From Squalus acanthias (Eukaryota): a stretch of DNA of 64,000 nt. Positions 1 to 10,064 of this stretch are shown one piece after another. The stretch covers positions 186,001 to 250,000 of the forward strand of contig JASTWF010000035.1 of NCBI GenBank assembly GCA_030390025.1. Direction: 5' to 3'. Made by a program: the position numbers and the translations under genes. A model generated the notes under the pieces. That model worked only from the letters and a program-made list of their open reading frames with translations. It did no database searches and had not been told where the DNA came from. Each line of letters begins with the position of its first letter. Positions within the stretch are counted from its first letter, which is position 1.

Positions 1-185
1 GGGATGTTGTAAAGGAGAGAGAGAGAGGGGGATGTTGTAAAGGAGAGAGAGAGAGAGGGATGTTGTAAAGGAGAGAGAGAGAGGGGGATGTTGTAAAGTA
101 GAGAGAGAGAGGGGGATGTTGTAAAGGAGAGAGAGAGAGGGGGATGTTGTAAAGGAGAGAGAGAGAGAGGGATGTTGTAAAGGAG
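1..185. repeat. GGGATGTTGTAAAGG(AG)n compound minisatellite, in intron 1 of the SDR gene (window edge)
   Basis: Repeated GGGATGTTGTAAAGGAGAGAGAGA units are seen directly. The same unit forms 62404-64000. Confidence 0.95.
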
Positions 186-196
186 GAGTCCCCCCT

Positions 197-342
197 CATA
201 GAATCATTAGTACAGCACAGGAGGCCATTCGGCCCATCGAGTCTGCGCCGGCTCTTTCGAAGAGCAATCCAGTCAGTCCCACTCCCGCTCTTTCCCCATA
301 TCCCTGCAGTTTTTTCTCCTTCCAGTATTTAGCCAGTTCCCT
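197..342 (-). mobile_element. CR1-type LINE 3' end fragment
   Basis: CATAGAATCA...GGAGGCCATTCGGCCCATCGAG resembles the reverse complement of the CR1 3' UTRs found elsewhere in the window. Confidence 0.65.
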
Positions 343-402
343 AAAGGAAAAGCGTTGTGTTTTGGAGCTTCATTGCCGTGAGCCTTTTTCCTGTGTGCCC
401 AG

Positions 403-642
403 GGATCGGGAGGTACATCGCTCAGGACTTTGCCCAGAGAAATGCTCGTGTGATCCTGGCCTGCCGTAGTTTGCAGCGAGGACAGAGAGCGGAGCGAGAG
501 ATACGGCGCAGGACGGGGAACAATAACGTTCACCTGCGCATTCTGGACACCAGCTCCATGGAATCGGTGAGGAACTTCACGGAGCGGATTAAGAAGGAGG
601 AGAAACGGCTGGATATCCTTGTAAATAACGCAGCCACTGCAG
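403..642 (+). CDS. Retinol dehydrogenase-like SDR (RDH11/12/DHRS13-type), coding exon 2; exon 1 lies upstream of the window
   Basis: Acceptor ...gcccag at 401-402 and donor gtaatg at 643. Encodes (G)IGRYIAQDFAQRNARVILACRSLQRG...LDTSSMESVRNF...RLDILVNNAATA, the Rossmann-fold region with an NNAG-like motif. Confidence 0.92.
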
Positions 643-862
643 GTAATGTGCAACAGTGTAGAATAGGGTTTTAATAGGATTGCTTATAAAAATACTTTAT
701 TGAAATAGAAGTAAATAAGGAACATTTTCAATGCAAAATAGATGAATGTAAAGAACATCATAACCTGTATTCCTATAGGTCGCCTCAGCTGTAGGGAGAT
801 CATTATGTTAAGGAGAATAATTAGTTAATATCGTGTGACACGGCCACATCAAATCAACATTT

Positions 863-1146
863 TGTTGAGGCTGCCGCGAACCACGAATGGAGGCTGAATC
901 CATATGTGGAAAACAAGAAACTTTTATTCACTGCATGGCACACAAAATGGCTGAGAAAGCTGCTCCCAGAATTCTCTGGAAAAACTCCCAGAATTCTCTG
1001 GAAAAACTCCCAGAATTCTCTGTGTAAAACCTGAGGCCCCGCCACCTTCTGCCTTAAAGGTAAGGTGCCTGAAAGGGGAAGGTGCTGGAAATTTGTCCAC
1101 AGACGGAAGAGTGGATTATGCCCGTTTTAGGTGGCGATCCGCCACA
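863..1146 (-). repeat. 3' LTR of Gypsy element 1 (284 bp)
   Basis: TGTTGAGG...CCGCCACA. Differs from 6061-6322 by about 6 substitutions and one extra 22-bp unit (GAAAAACTCCCAGAATTCTCTG). Minus-strand AATAAA is present (tttatt on +). Confidence 0.95.
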
Positions 1147-1160
1147 CAGCTCCCCCCAGA
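1147..1160 (-). other. Polypurine tract of Gypsy element 1
   Basis: Minus-strand TCTGGGGGGAGCTG immediately precedes the TG of the 3' LTR. Confidence 0.8.
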
Positions 1161-1166
1161 ATCCGC

Positions 1167-3905
1167 TTAGGAGGTGTGGACGAGACGGTGCGGCGGTCTG
1201 ATGGGCTGGCCAGAGCGGCTCTTGTAGGACGCCGGTGGATGTGGAACGGCCGGGCGTGGAGCAGCCGGGTGAACCGGCTTGAGGGCAGGTCGGCCGCGTG
1301 GAGGTGGACGAGCTACAGGGACCTGCTCCCCGGGCTCCGAGTGTGCTGGCTTGAGTCGGTCCACCGACACTTTTTCGGTCCTGTCGCCCACTTGCAGGTT
1401 GAAAAATTTGTCCCCAGCCTGTAGCACCTTGTAGGGCCCGTCGTATGGGGGTTGAAGGGGTCCGCGGTGGGGGTCGTGCCGGACGAAAACAAACCGTGCC
1501 TGGTGCAGGCTTAGTGGGACGTGTGAGGTGGATTCGCCATGTCGGGCAATGGGCACCGGGGCGAACTGCAGCGCCGGTGATGCGAAGTCGTGGCGTTGCT
1601 GGTCGGCTGACCAGGGTGTCGTGGCGATGGGCAGGAACTCGCCGGGTACGCGCAGCGGCTGACCGTACACGAGCTCTGCTGCCGATGCGTGGAGGTCTTC
1701 TTTAACCGCGGTGCGCAGGCCGAGGAGGACCCACGGAAGTCGGTCAGTCCAGGCGCCGTCTTGGAGGCTGGCTCGAAGAGATGCCTTCAAGGATCTGTGG
1801 AACCGCTCACACAGTCCGTTGGCTTGGGGGTGGTACGCTGTGGTGCGGTGGATGGTCACCCCGAGATTGCGTGCGACGGCGGTCCAGAGTTCAGAAGTAA
1901 ATTGCGGACCTCTGTCCGACGTCATGTCGGAGGGGAAGCCGAACCGTGTGACCCAGGTGCTGACGAAGGCTCTGGCGATGTCGGCGGTGGTGGTAGAGGT
2001 CAGTGGAATTGCCTCAGGCCAGCGTGTGGTGCGGTCAACGATGGTCAGCAAGTGCGTGTGGCCTTGCGACGGCGGCAGGGGCCCGACGATGTCCACGTGG
2101 ATGTGGTCGAATCTCCGCGAGGGGACGGTAAACTCCTCGAGGGGTGCTTTCGTGTGTTGCTGTACCTTGGCCTGTTGGCAGGATAGGCAGGAGTTGGCCC
2201 AAGTACGCACATCCTTGCGAAGGCCGCGCCAGACAAAGCGGTTGGCAACCAATTTGATGGATGCACGGGCGCCGGGGTGGGAGAGGTTGTGGAGAAGGCC
2301 GAATACCCGGCGGCGCCAGGATGCTGGGACGACGGGCCGAGGTTGACATAGGGATATGTCGCATTTGACCGTGACTGCGGTCGGGCCACAGGCGACGTCA
2401 GCCAGGCGTAGCCCTGGTAGGTTGGTGGGTGCGGAGAGCAGATCCGGGTCGGTGATCTGGTCTGCTGCGAGTTGAGCGTAGTCGACTGCTAGGTGTGCGG
2501 CGTGGATGGCGGGGCGGGAGAGGCAGTCGGCTACCACATTGTCTCGGCCGGAGACGTGTTGGATGTCCGTGGTGAACTCAGACACTGCCGCGAGCTGGCG
2601 CTGCTGCCTGGCGGACCAGGGGTCGGTTGTCTTTGCCATTGCGAATGTCAGGGGCTTGTGGTCGACAAACGCAGTGAAGGGGTGGCCCTCAAGCAAAAAC
2701 TGGAAATGGCGGACCGCCAGGAACAGCGCGAGGAGCTCGCGGTCGAAGGTGCTGTACTTGACCTCCGGGGGGCGTAGTTGGCGGCTGAAGAAGGCAAGTG
2801 GTTGCCAGGCGCCGTCGACCCACTGCTCATACACGGCGCCGACCGCGTGGTCGGAGGCGTCCGTGGTGAGCGCTACCCTGGCATTGGGCCGTGGGTGCGC
2901 GAGCAGGGTGGTGTTGGCGAGCGCGGTCTTGGTGGAATCGAAGGCGGCGGACGCGTCTGCCGTCCATTCGACCGCCATCTTGCCGCTCCTGCCCCAGAGG
3001 GCTTCATACAGGGGCCTCATGAGGGACGCCGCTTTGGGGATGAAGCGGTTGTAAAAATTCACCATCCCGAGGAACTCCTGGAGGCCTTTGATGGTGGTGG
3101 GGCGGGGAAATTGTTGGACGGCCTGCACCTTGGTGGGCAGGGGAATGGCCCCAGCATGGTTGATGTGGTGGCCGAGGAAGTCGATCTTGTCCAGGCCGAA
3201 CTGGCATTTGGCTGGGCTGAGGATGAGCCTGTGGTCGCTGAGGCGCCCGAACAGGATGCAAAGGTGTTCGAGGTGTTCCTGCTTGGAGGAACTGGCTACC
3301 AGGATGTCGTCCAGGTAGACGAACAGGAACTTCAGGTCCCGAAGGACCGAGTCCATGAGCCGTTGGAATGCCTGGGCCGCGTTTTTGAGGCCGAAGGGCA
3401 TCCACAGGAACTCGAACAGGCCGAAGGGGGTGATTACGGCCATCTTGGGGACATCTGCGGGGTGGACGGGGACTTGGTGGTAGCCGCGCACCAGGTCGAC
3501 CTTGGAAAAGACTGAGCGGCCGGCCAGTCTAGCCGAGAAGTCCTGAATGTGCGGCACGGGGTACCGATCAGGGGTGGTGGCGTCATTGAGGCGGCGGTAA
3601 TCCCCGCAGGGGCGCCAACCTCCGCCTGGTTTGGGGGCGATGTGGAGTGGGGAGGCCCAGGGACTGTTGGAGCGGCGGATGATGCCGAGCTGTTCCATGG
3701 TGGCAAACTCGGTCCGCACGATCTCCAGTTTGGCTGGGTCCAGCCTGCGGGCGTGGGCGTACACTGGGGGGCCTGTGGTGGGGATGAAGTGTTCCACCCC
3801 GTGTTTGGCGGCCTCCGTGGAGAAGGTCGGATTGGTAAGGGCCGGGAATTCGGCCAGGAGTGCCGAGTAGTCATCCGTGGCCCGGGCGTGGCACTGTGAC
3901 GCCAT
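1167..3905 (-). CDS. pol: Gypsy Pol: reverse transcriptase, RNase H and integrase (912 aa, open)
   Basis: WRPCGDYRRLN, PFGLKNA and YLDD (RT). TDAS...RELLA...DHKPL...NVVAD (RNase H). H-x3-H...C-x2-C, DIVGP, SDRG, ERFHR and GPY (integrase). Confidence 0.93.
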   Translation of the reverse strand: MASQCHARATDDYSALLAEFPALTNPTFSTEAAKHGVEHFIPTTGPPVYAHARRLDPAKLEIVRTEFATMEQLGIIRRSNSPWASPLHIAPKPGGGWRPCGDYRRLNDATTPDRYPVPHIQDFSARLAGRSVFSKVDLVRGYHQVPVHPADVPKMAVITPFGLFEFLWMPFGLKNAAQAFQRLMDSVLRDLKFLFVYLDDILVASSSKQEHLEHLCILFGRLSDHRLILSPAKCQFGLDKIDFLGHHINHAGAIPLPTKVQAVQQFPRPTTIKGLQEFLGMVNFYNRFIPKAASLMRPLYEALWGRSGKMAVEWTADASAAFDSTKTALANTTLLAHPRPNARVALTTDASDHAVGAVYEQWVDGAWQPLAFFSRQLRPPEVKYSTFDRELLALFLAVRHFQFLLEGHPFTAFVDHKPLTFAMAKTTDPWSARQQRQLAAVSEFTTDIQHVSGRDNVVADCLSRPAIHAAHLAVDYAQLAADQITDPDLLSAPTNLPGLRLADVACGPTAVTVKCDISLCQPRPVVPASWRRRVFGLLHNLSHPGARASIKLVANRFVWRGLRKDVRTWANSCLSCQQAKVQQHTKAPLEEFTVPSRRFDHIHVDIVGPLPPSQGHTHLLTIVDRTTRWPEAIPLTSTTTADIARAFVSTWVTRFGFPSDMTSDRGPQFTSELWTAVARNLGVTIHRTTAYHPQANGLCERFHRSLKASLRASLQDGAWTDRLPWVLLGLRTAVKEDLHASAAELVYGQPLRVPGEFLPIATTPWSADQQRHDFASPALQFAPVPIARHGESTSHVPLSLHQARFVFVRHDPHRGPLQPPYDGPYKVLQAGDKFFNLQVGDRTEKVSVDRLKPAHSEPGEQVPVARPPPRGRPALKPVHPAAPRPAVPHPPASYKSRSGQPIRPPHRLVHTS

Positions 3906-3909
3906 GTCG

Positions 3910-4106
3910 GCGGGGGGCCATGGCGCCCAGGATGGGGGATATGGTGTTCATGTCCATGAGGCGGTGACGAGGGATGTCTACCAGTAGGCCGTGGGTGCCC
4001 AGGAAATCTGCGCCGATGAGGGGGGAGCGCACCTTGGCAGTGATGAACTCCCATCGGTAGCGGTGACCAGCGAGGTCGAGGGTGACTGTCCGGGTGCCAT
4101 ACATTC
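3910..4106 (-). pseudogene. C-terminal half of the Gypsy aspartic protease; catalytic N-half deleted; out of frame with pol at a C6 run
   Basis: YGTRTVTLDLAGHRYRWEFITAKVRSPLIGADFLGTHGLLVD, including the IGADFL motif. Removing one C from ATGGCCCCCCGCC restores the frame into ORF 1167-3905. Confidence 0.8.
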
Positions 4107-4125
4107 GGGTTAGGGTTAGGGTTAG
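4107..4125 (+). repeat. Interstitial telomeric hexamers (GGGTTA)3G at the Gypsy/LINE junction
   Basis: GGGTTAGGGTTAGGGTTAG is read directly. Confidence 0.9.
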
Positions 4126-5795
4126 AAAACCAATCCTCCACCCATGCCAGAATATTACCCCCAATCCAGTGATTTTTTATCTTGAGTAATAATCTTTTAT
4201 GTGGCACCTTGTCGAATGCCTTCTGGAAGTCTAAATACACTACATCCACTGGTTCCCCTTTATCCACCCTGTACGTTATGTCCTCAAAGAACTCGAGCAA
4301 ATTTGTCAGACATGATTGCCCCTTCATAAAGCTATGCTGACTTTGTCCTATTAAATTATGTTTATCTAAATGTTCCGTTACTGTCTCCTTAATAATAGAC
4401 TCCAAAATTTTACCCACCACAGATGTTAGGCTAACTGGTCTATAATTTCCAGCCTTCTGCCTACAACGCTTTTTAAATAAGGGTGTTACATTAGCAGTTT
4501 TCCAATTTGCCGGGACCTTTGCTGAGTTCAGGGAGTTTTGGAAAATTATTACCAAAGCATCCACAATTCCTACTGCCACTTCCCTCAAGACCCTAGGATG
4601 TAAGCCATGAGGTCCAGGGGATTTATCTGCCTTGAGTCCCATTATTTTACTGAGTACCAATTCCTTAGTGATTTTAATCGTATTTAGCTCCTCCCCCACT
4701 AGAGCCCCCTGTTTGTCCAGTGTTGGGATATTCTTAGTGTCCTCTACCGTAAAGACTGAAACAAAATATTTGTTCAGCATTTTTGCCATCTCCATGTTTC
4801 CCACCATTAATTTCCCGGTCTCATCCTCTAAGGGACCTACGTTTGCCTTAACCACCCTTTTTCTTTTTATATAACTATAGAAACTCTTGCAATCTGTTTT
4901 TATATTTTTTGCTAATTTATTTTCATAGTCTATTTTCCCTTTCTTAATCAATACTTTAGTTACTTTTTGTTGTCTTTTGAAGACTTCCCAATCTTCTATC
5001 CTCCCACTAACTTTGGCTACCTTATATGTCCTTGCTTTTAGTTGGATACTTTCTTTAATTTCTTTACTTAGCCATGGATGGCTGTCATTTCTTTTACACC
5101 CTTTTTTCCTCAGTTGAATATATTTATTTTGGAAGTTGTAAAATAACTCCTTGAATGTACACCACTGCTCATGTACCGTCTTACCCTTTAATCTATTTTC
5201 CCAGTCCGCTTTCATCAATTCTGCTCTCATGCCATCATAGTCTCCTTTATTCAAGCTCAGTATGCTTGTTTGAGAACCAACCTTCTCACCCTCTAATTGG
5301 ATATGGAATTCAACCATGTTATGGTCACTCATTCCAAGGGGATCCTTAACTAGGACATTATTAATTAATCCAGACTCATTACACAGTACCAGGTCCAAGG
5401 TTGCTTGCCCCCTTGTAGGATCAGTTACATACTGCTCAAGAAATCCATCCCTAAGACACTCAATAAACTCTTCCGCAAGGCTGCCCTGCCCAATTTGATT
5501 TGTCCAGTTAATATGATAGTTAAAATCCCCCATAATTATAGCTGTTCCCTTATTACATGCCCCAACTATTTCCTGATTAATACTTCTTCCAACAGAGTTG
5601 CAACTATTAGGAGACCTATATACTACGCCCACCAGTGTTTTTTTCCCCTTATTATTCCTTATCTCTACCCAAACTGTTTCATTATCCTAATCTTTTGACC
5701 CAATATCATTTCTCTGTATTACAGTGATTCCTTCCTTTATTAACATAGCCACCCCCACCTCCCCTTCCCCTTCCTTCCTGCCTGTCCTTCCTGAT
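4126..5795 (-). mobile_element. Internal CR1 LINE ORF2 fragment (endonuclease C-half to RT N-terminus) inside the Gypsy element
   Basis: GVVYRSP, MGDFN, LDLVL and SDH (endonuclease), then KSPGP, NYRPVSLTS and YLDFQKAFDKVPH (RT). Near-identical to about 58380-59000. No 3' tail or TSD. Confidence 0.9.
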
Positions 5796-6020
5796 TGTCC
5801 TGAGGTGTGCGTACTTGCCTTCCTCTGGTGGGTTCTGCAGCGTTGTCCAAACCTTGGAAACTGTGGCGCTGCTGAGTGATGTGACGAGATAGTCGTACTT
5901 CGTCCCATCTGTGGTGATATTTCGCAGCCGGAAGCGAGATTCAGCTTGGAGAAACCAGGCTTCGGGCTGGTTTTCCCAAAACTCCGGCAGTTTCACGGAA
6001 ACTGCGTTCGTGTCCGCCAT
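5796..6020 (-). pseudogene. gag: Gypsy gag N-terminus (truncated)
   Basis: MADTNAVSVKLPEFWENQPEAWFLQAESRFRLRNITTDGTKYDYLV..., the KLPxFW..PxxWFxQxE gag start. The ATG lies just downstream of the PBS. Confidence 0.88.
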
Positions 6021-6045
6021 TGCAGTGCTCGGAATACGTTCTGAG

Positions 6046-6059
6046 CGTCGGGGTCACCA
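6046..6059 (-). other. Primer-binding site, tRNA-Trp type
   Basis: Minus-strand TGGTGACCCCGACG lies 1 nt after the LTR CA and matches the first 14 nt of the known tRNA-Trp PBS. Confidence 0.88.
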
Positions 6060-6060
6060 A

Positions 6061-6322
6061 TGTTGAGGCTGCCGCGAAACACGAATGGAGGCTGAATCCA
6101 TATGTGGAAAACAAGAAACTTTTATTCACTGTATGGCACACAAAATGGCTGAGAAAGCTGCTCCCAGAATTCTCTGGAAAAACTCCCAGAATTCTCTGGG
6201 TAAAACCTGAGGCCCCGCCCCCTTCTGCCTTAAAGGTAAGGTGCCTTAAAGGGGACGGTGCTGGAAATTTGTCCACAGACGGAAGAGTGGATTATGCCCG
6301 TTTTAGGTGGCGATCCGCCACA
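6061..6322 (-). repeat. 5' LTR of Gypsy element 1 (262 bp)
   Basis: Direct repeat of 863-1146 with TG...CA ends. Confidence 0.95.
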
Positions 6323-6926
6323 ATTTAAACATTTTTAACAATCTATTCTCAGTACCAGAACAGGTTGGAAAACATTCTACTGATAATCTCTACAATAATT
6401 TCTGGAATGCACTGCCTGACAGGGCGGTGGAAGCAGATTCAATAGTTGTAATCTATGTGGGTCCAACAAATGACGGGCAGAGACACGATGAGTGGCAGTC
6501 AAGGTGCTTGTTTACTCGGCCAGAGCGGACTGAGCATGCTCACACTAAACCACGTGACAAATCATGTGACAATACATCACACTGCTTTCCCCTTAAAATA
6601 AAATGTACATATTCCCCTCTCAACACAACAAAACTATGGTCCCACCTTTCCCAGCATTACACGTACCACAAAACTAAAACTCCTAGCTTTTTTTCTTTTA
6701 ACTCAACTACAAATCCAGTTTAATACCAGGTTTGCGGAGCCTTCCTGATCTCCTTACAGGAGGTTTTGGTGTTGAACCAATTTTCGGGCTGTTTTGTTCT
6801 GGTTCCGAACTCAAAGATGCTCCTGTTTCTATCTCAGATTTGTTTGAACCTGGTACTTCAGTTTCTGAAGTCTGAACTGAGTCAAACTCATGTATTTGTT
6901 CATGATCAAGTGGTTCAAGATCACAG

Positions 6927-6963
6927 AGTTAACGTTTCAGGTCTGTGACCCTTCGTCAGAACT
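6927..6963 (-). ncRNA. Minimal type I hammerhead ribozyme motif in Penelope terminal repeat
   Basis: Minus strand AGTT-CTGACGA-AGGGTC ACA GACCT-GAAA-CGTT-AACT. Confidence 0.7.
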
Positions 6964-7952
6964 GGAAAAAGTTAGGGATGTAACAGGTTTTAAGCAGGTG
7001 CAGAGGCAGGAAAAGGGGGGAGAGGGGAGGAAGGAACTAAAGGGATGGTCTGTGCTAGGGTGGAAGGCAGGAGAGATTAAATGTTGCAAATGGGAATGGC
7101 AGAATCATCAACAGCTGCCGCCTGAAAAAATGGGGGCAGGGGTTATAGTCTGAAATTGTTGAACTCTATGTTGAGTCCAGAAGACTGTAAAGGGCCTAGT
7201 CGAAAGATGAGGTGCTGTTCCTCGAACTTACGTTGAGCTTCATTGGAACAGTGTAAGAGGACGGTGAGGTCAGAGTGGGAGTGAAGCGGAGAATTAAAAT
7301 GACAAGTGACCGGAAGCTCAGGGTCACCCTTACGGACTGAACGGAGGTGTTCCGCAAAGCGGTCACCCAATCTGCGTTTGGTCTCCCCAGTGTAGAGGAG
7401 ACCGCATCGTGAGCAGCGAATACAGTATACTAAATTGCAAGAAGTTCAAGTAAATCGCTGTTTCACCTGGAAGGGGTGTTTGGGGCCCTGGACAGTGGGA
7501 AGGGAGGAGGTAAAAGAGCAGGTGTTGCATCTCCTGCGCTTGCACGGGAAGGTGCCGTGGGGAGGGGAGGGGCTGTTGGGGGGGACCCCGAGCTTTCGGT
7601 TGCTTGTCACTTTAATTCTCCGCTCCACTCCCACTCAGACCTCACCATCCTCGGCCTCTTACACTGTTCCAATGAAGCTCAACGTAAGTTCGAGGAACAG
7701 CACCTCATTTTTCGACTAGGCACTTTACAGCCTTCTGGACTCAACATTGAGTGCAACAATTTCAGACTATAACCCCTGCCCCCATTTTTTTCAGGCGGCA
7801 GCTGTTGATGATTTTGCCATCCCCATTTGCAACTTTTAATCTCTCCTGCCTTCCACCCTAGCACAGACCATCCCTTTAGTTCCTTCCTCCCCTCCCCCCC
7901 TTTCCCTGCCCCTACAGCTTCTTAAAACCTGTTACATCCCTAACTTTTTCCC

Positions 7953-7989
7953 AGTTCTGACGAAGGGTCACAGACCTGAAACGTTAACT
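7953..7989 (+). ncRNA. Minimal type I hammerhead ribozyme motif in Penelope terminal repeat
   Basis: AGTT-CTGACGA-A-GGGTC-ACA-GACCT-GAAA-CGTT-AACT: CUGANGA and GAAA cores, stem II, palindromic helix III, helix I AGTT/AACT. Confidence 0.72.
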
Positions 7990-8355
7990 CTGTTCCTCTC
8001 TCCACGGATGCTGCCTGACCGGCTGAGTGTTTCCAGCATTTTCTGTTGTTATTTCGGATTTCCAGCATCCGCAGTATTTTGCTCTTGGTTCAAAATCATG
8101 TCTTGGTTCATCTCTAGCAGAGATCATTTGATCTACATGAACACTTCGGATGTTGTCACCAATTTCAACCAAGTATCTCTTGGTTCCACCAACCTCTCCT
8201 CCGGTTCCTATATCCCACTTGTGTGAACTTGACTTTCCGGGGGACTGAGAACACGAACACACTCGTTTTGTCTGAAATTGCCGTCATAATAACGTTCCTG
8301 ACTCAACTGTTTCTGTTCAACTCTTGAGGCCAAATTTGGTTGAACAAGACTCAAT

Positions 8356-8515
8356 CATAGAAACATAGAACAATAGGAGCAGGAGTCGGCCGTTCGGCCC
8401 TTCGCGCCTGCTCCGCCATTCAATATGATCATGGCTGATCCTCTATCTCAATACCATATTCCCGCTCTCTCTCCTTGATGCCTTTTGTGTCTAGAAATCT
8501 ATCTATCTCCTTCTT
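8356..8515 (-). mobile_element. CR1 3' end fragment
   Basis: CATAGAAACATAGAAC tail and 3' UTR; encodes KKEIDRFLDTKGIK. Confidence 0.8.
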
Positions 8516-8675
8516 GGGAGGTGTTCTCAACCTCCTCTTCATCAAGAGTTCTGCTGGGGTATGTCCATTTGGAGTGTGCGGAGTAGTTCTGTACTTCAGC
8601 AAGAAATTTGCGAAATGTTGCTTCATGCTGAGTCCCGAAGAACCCTGCCACACTTGCTTTTTGAGAGCTTCTTTT

Positions 8676-10064
8676 ACTATTCACCTCAACCGAGCCGGGA
8701 CCAATATTCTCGCGGGGAGGTTTGTTAGTGCTGTTGGGGAGGGTTTAAACTAACTTGGCAGGGGGATGGGCACCAGCATATAGGAGTAGAAAAGAGGAAG
8801 AAGGTGCGTAAAAGAGTGAGTGTGTTGGATAGTACTAGAGGCGGTAGTAGTACCATATTAGATAGGAGCAGACTAAGAAAGACTATGAAAAATTGAAAAA
8901 TGGGTTTCGAGTGCATGTACATAAACACACAAAGTGTGGTGAATAAGGTTGGTGAGCTACAAGCACAATTAGCCGTGTGGCAATATGATATTGTGGCAAT
9001 AATGGAAACGTGGCTTAAAAACGGTGAAGACTGGGTACTTAATATTCAAGGGTACAAGGTGTTCAGAAAAGATAGGGAAGCAAAAAAGGGAGGTGGGGGG
9101 GGCCAGTGCTGATTAAGGAAGACATTGTAGTGTTGGAAAGGGAGGATGTTCTTGAGGGGACAAGGACCGAATCCATTTGGTTAGAGTTGAGGAGCAAAAA
9201 GGGTATGATCACGCTATTGGGGGTATTCTACAGGCCTCCAAATAATGAGAGGGAGGTAGAGGAGCAAATCTGCAGGGAAATCGCAGAGATATGCAAGAGC
9301 TATAGAGTGGTGATATTGGGGGACTTTAATTACCCAAATATCGATTGGGATAATGCTAGAGTAAAGGGAAAGTAGGGGGAGGAATTTCTGAAATATGTTC
9401 AGGAGAATTTCCTTGACCAATATGTTCCAGGCCCAACTAGGAAGGAGGCATTGCTGGATCTGGTGCTGGGGAATGAGGTGGGCCAGGTCGACCAACTGTC
9501 TGTGGGAGAACACTTGGGTACGAGTGATCATCGTATCATAAGATTTAGATTAGCAATGGAGAGGAGCAAGGAACAATCTAGAGTGGAACTTCTAAATTGG
9601 AATAGGACTAACTTCAATAGGATGTGAAAGGATCTAGCCAGGGTAAAATGGAACCAAAGACTGACAGGAAAAATGTAATGGAACAATGGGTGATCTTTAA
9701 GGGGGAGATGTTCCAAGTACAGGCTAGGTACATTCCAACAAGAGGGAAGAGTAAGGGAACCAAAGCAAGGGCTCCTTGGATGATGAGGGAGATAGAGAAG
9801 ATGATGAAACAAAAAAAGAGGGTGTATGATGAATGTCAGGTGAATTCTTCAAGGGAGAACCAGACCAAATACAATAAATTGAGAGGGGATGTGAAGATGA
9901 AAATAAGATTGGCAAAGAGAGAATATGAGAGTAGAATGGCAGTTATCATAAAAGGGAACCCAAAAATCTTCTACCAGCATATAAACAGTAAGCGGGCAGT
10001 AAGAGGCGGGGTGGGGCCTATTAGAGACAAAGAAGGTGATATATGCTGAGAGGCGCAGGGCAAG
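8676..10064 (+). mobile_element. Degenerate CR1 LINE, ORF1 end and ORF2 endonuclease region
   Basis: YINTQSVVNK..EL, IVAIMETWL, GVFYRPP, LGDFNYPNIDW and SDH, with stops and frameshifts. Confidence 0.85.

Larger units (their letters stand above)
863..6322 (-). mobile_element. Ty3/Gypsy LTR retrotransposon, CsRn1/Kabuki-like; both LTRs present, gag-protease disrupted
   Basis: TG...CA LTRs at 863-1146 and 6061-6322, 4-bp TSD ATTT (859-862 and 6323-6326), tRNA-Trp-type PBS, PPT, gag N-terminus and an RT-RH-IN ORF. Confidence 0.95.
6924..8085. mobile_element. Penelope-like element: inverted pair of 3' fragments (minus 6924 to about 7580, plus about 7581 to 8085)
   Basis: GIY-YIG domain peptides CKRRRCNTC...GDRFAEHLRSV...HFNS...EEQHLIFRLG.LQP.GLN. 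The halves are reverse complements. Probable 13-bp TSD TGGTTCAA(G/A)ATCA at 6911-6923 and 8086-8098. Confidence 0.88.

Noticed and set aside
1131..3899. Multiple + strand ORFs over Gypsy pol
   Set aside because: Antisense shadows of a GC-rich coding region with no recognisable motifs.
3434..5632. 732-aa ORF as a novel fusion gene
   Set aside because: A CR1 ORF2 fragment reading through the telomeric junction (NPNPNP) into an off-frame Gypsy sequence.
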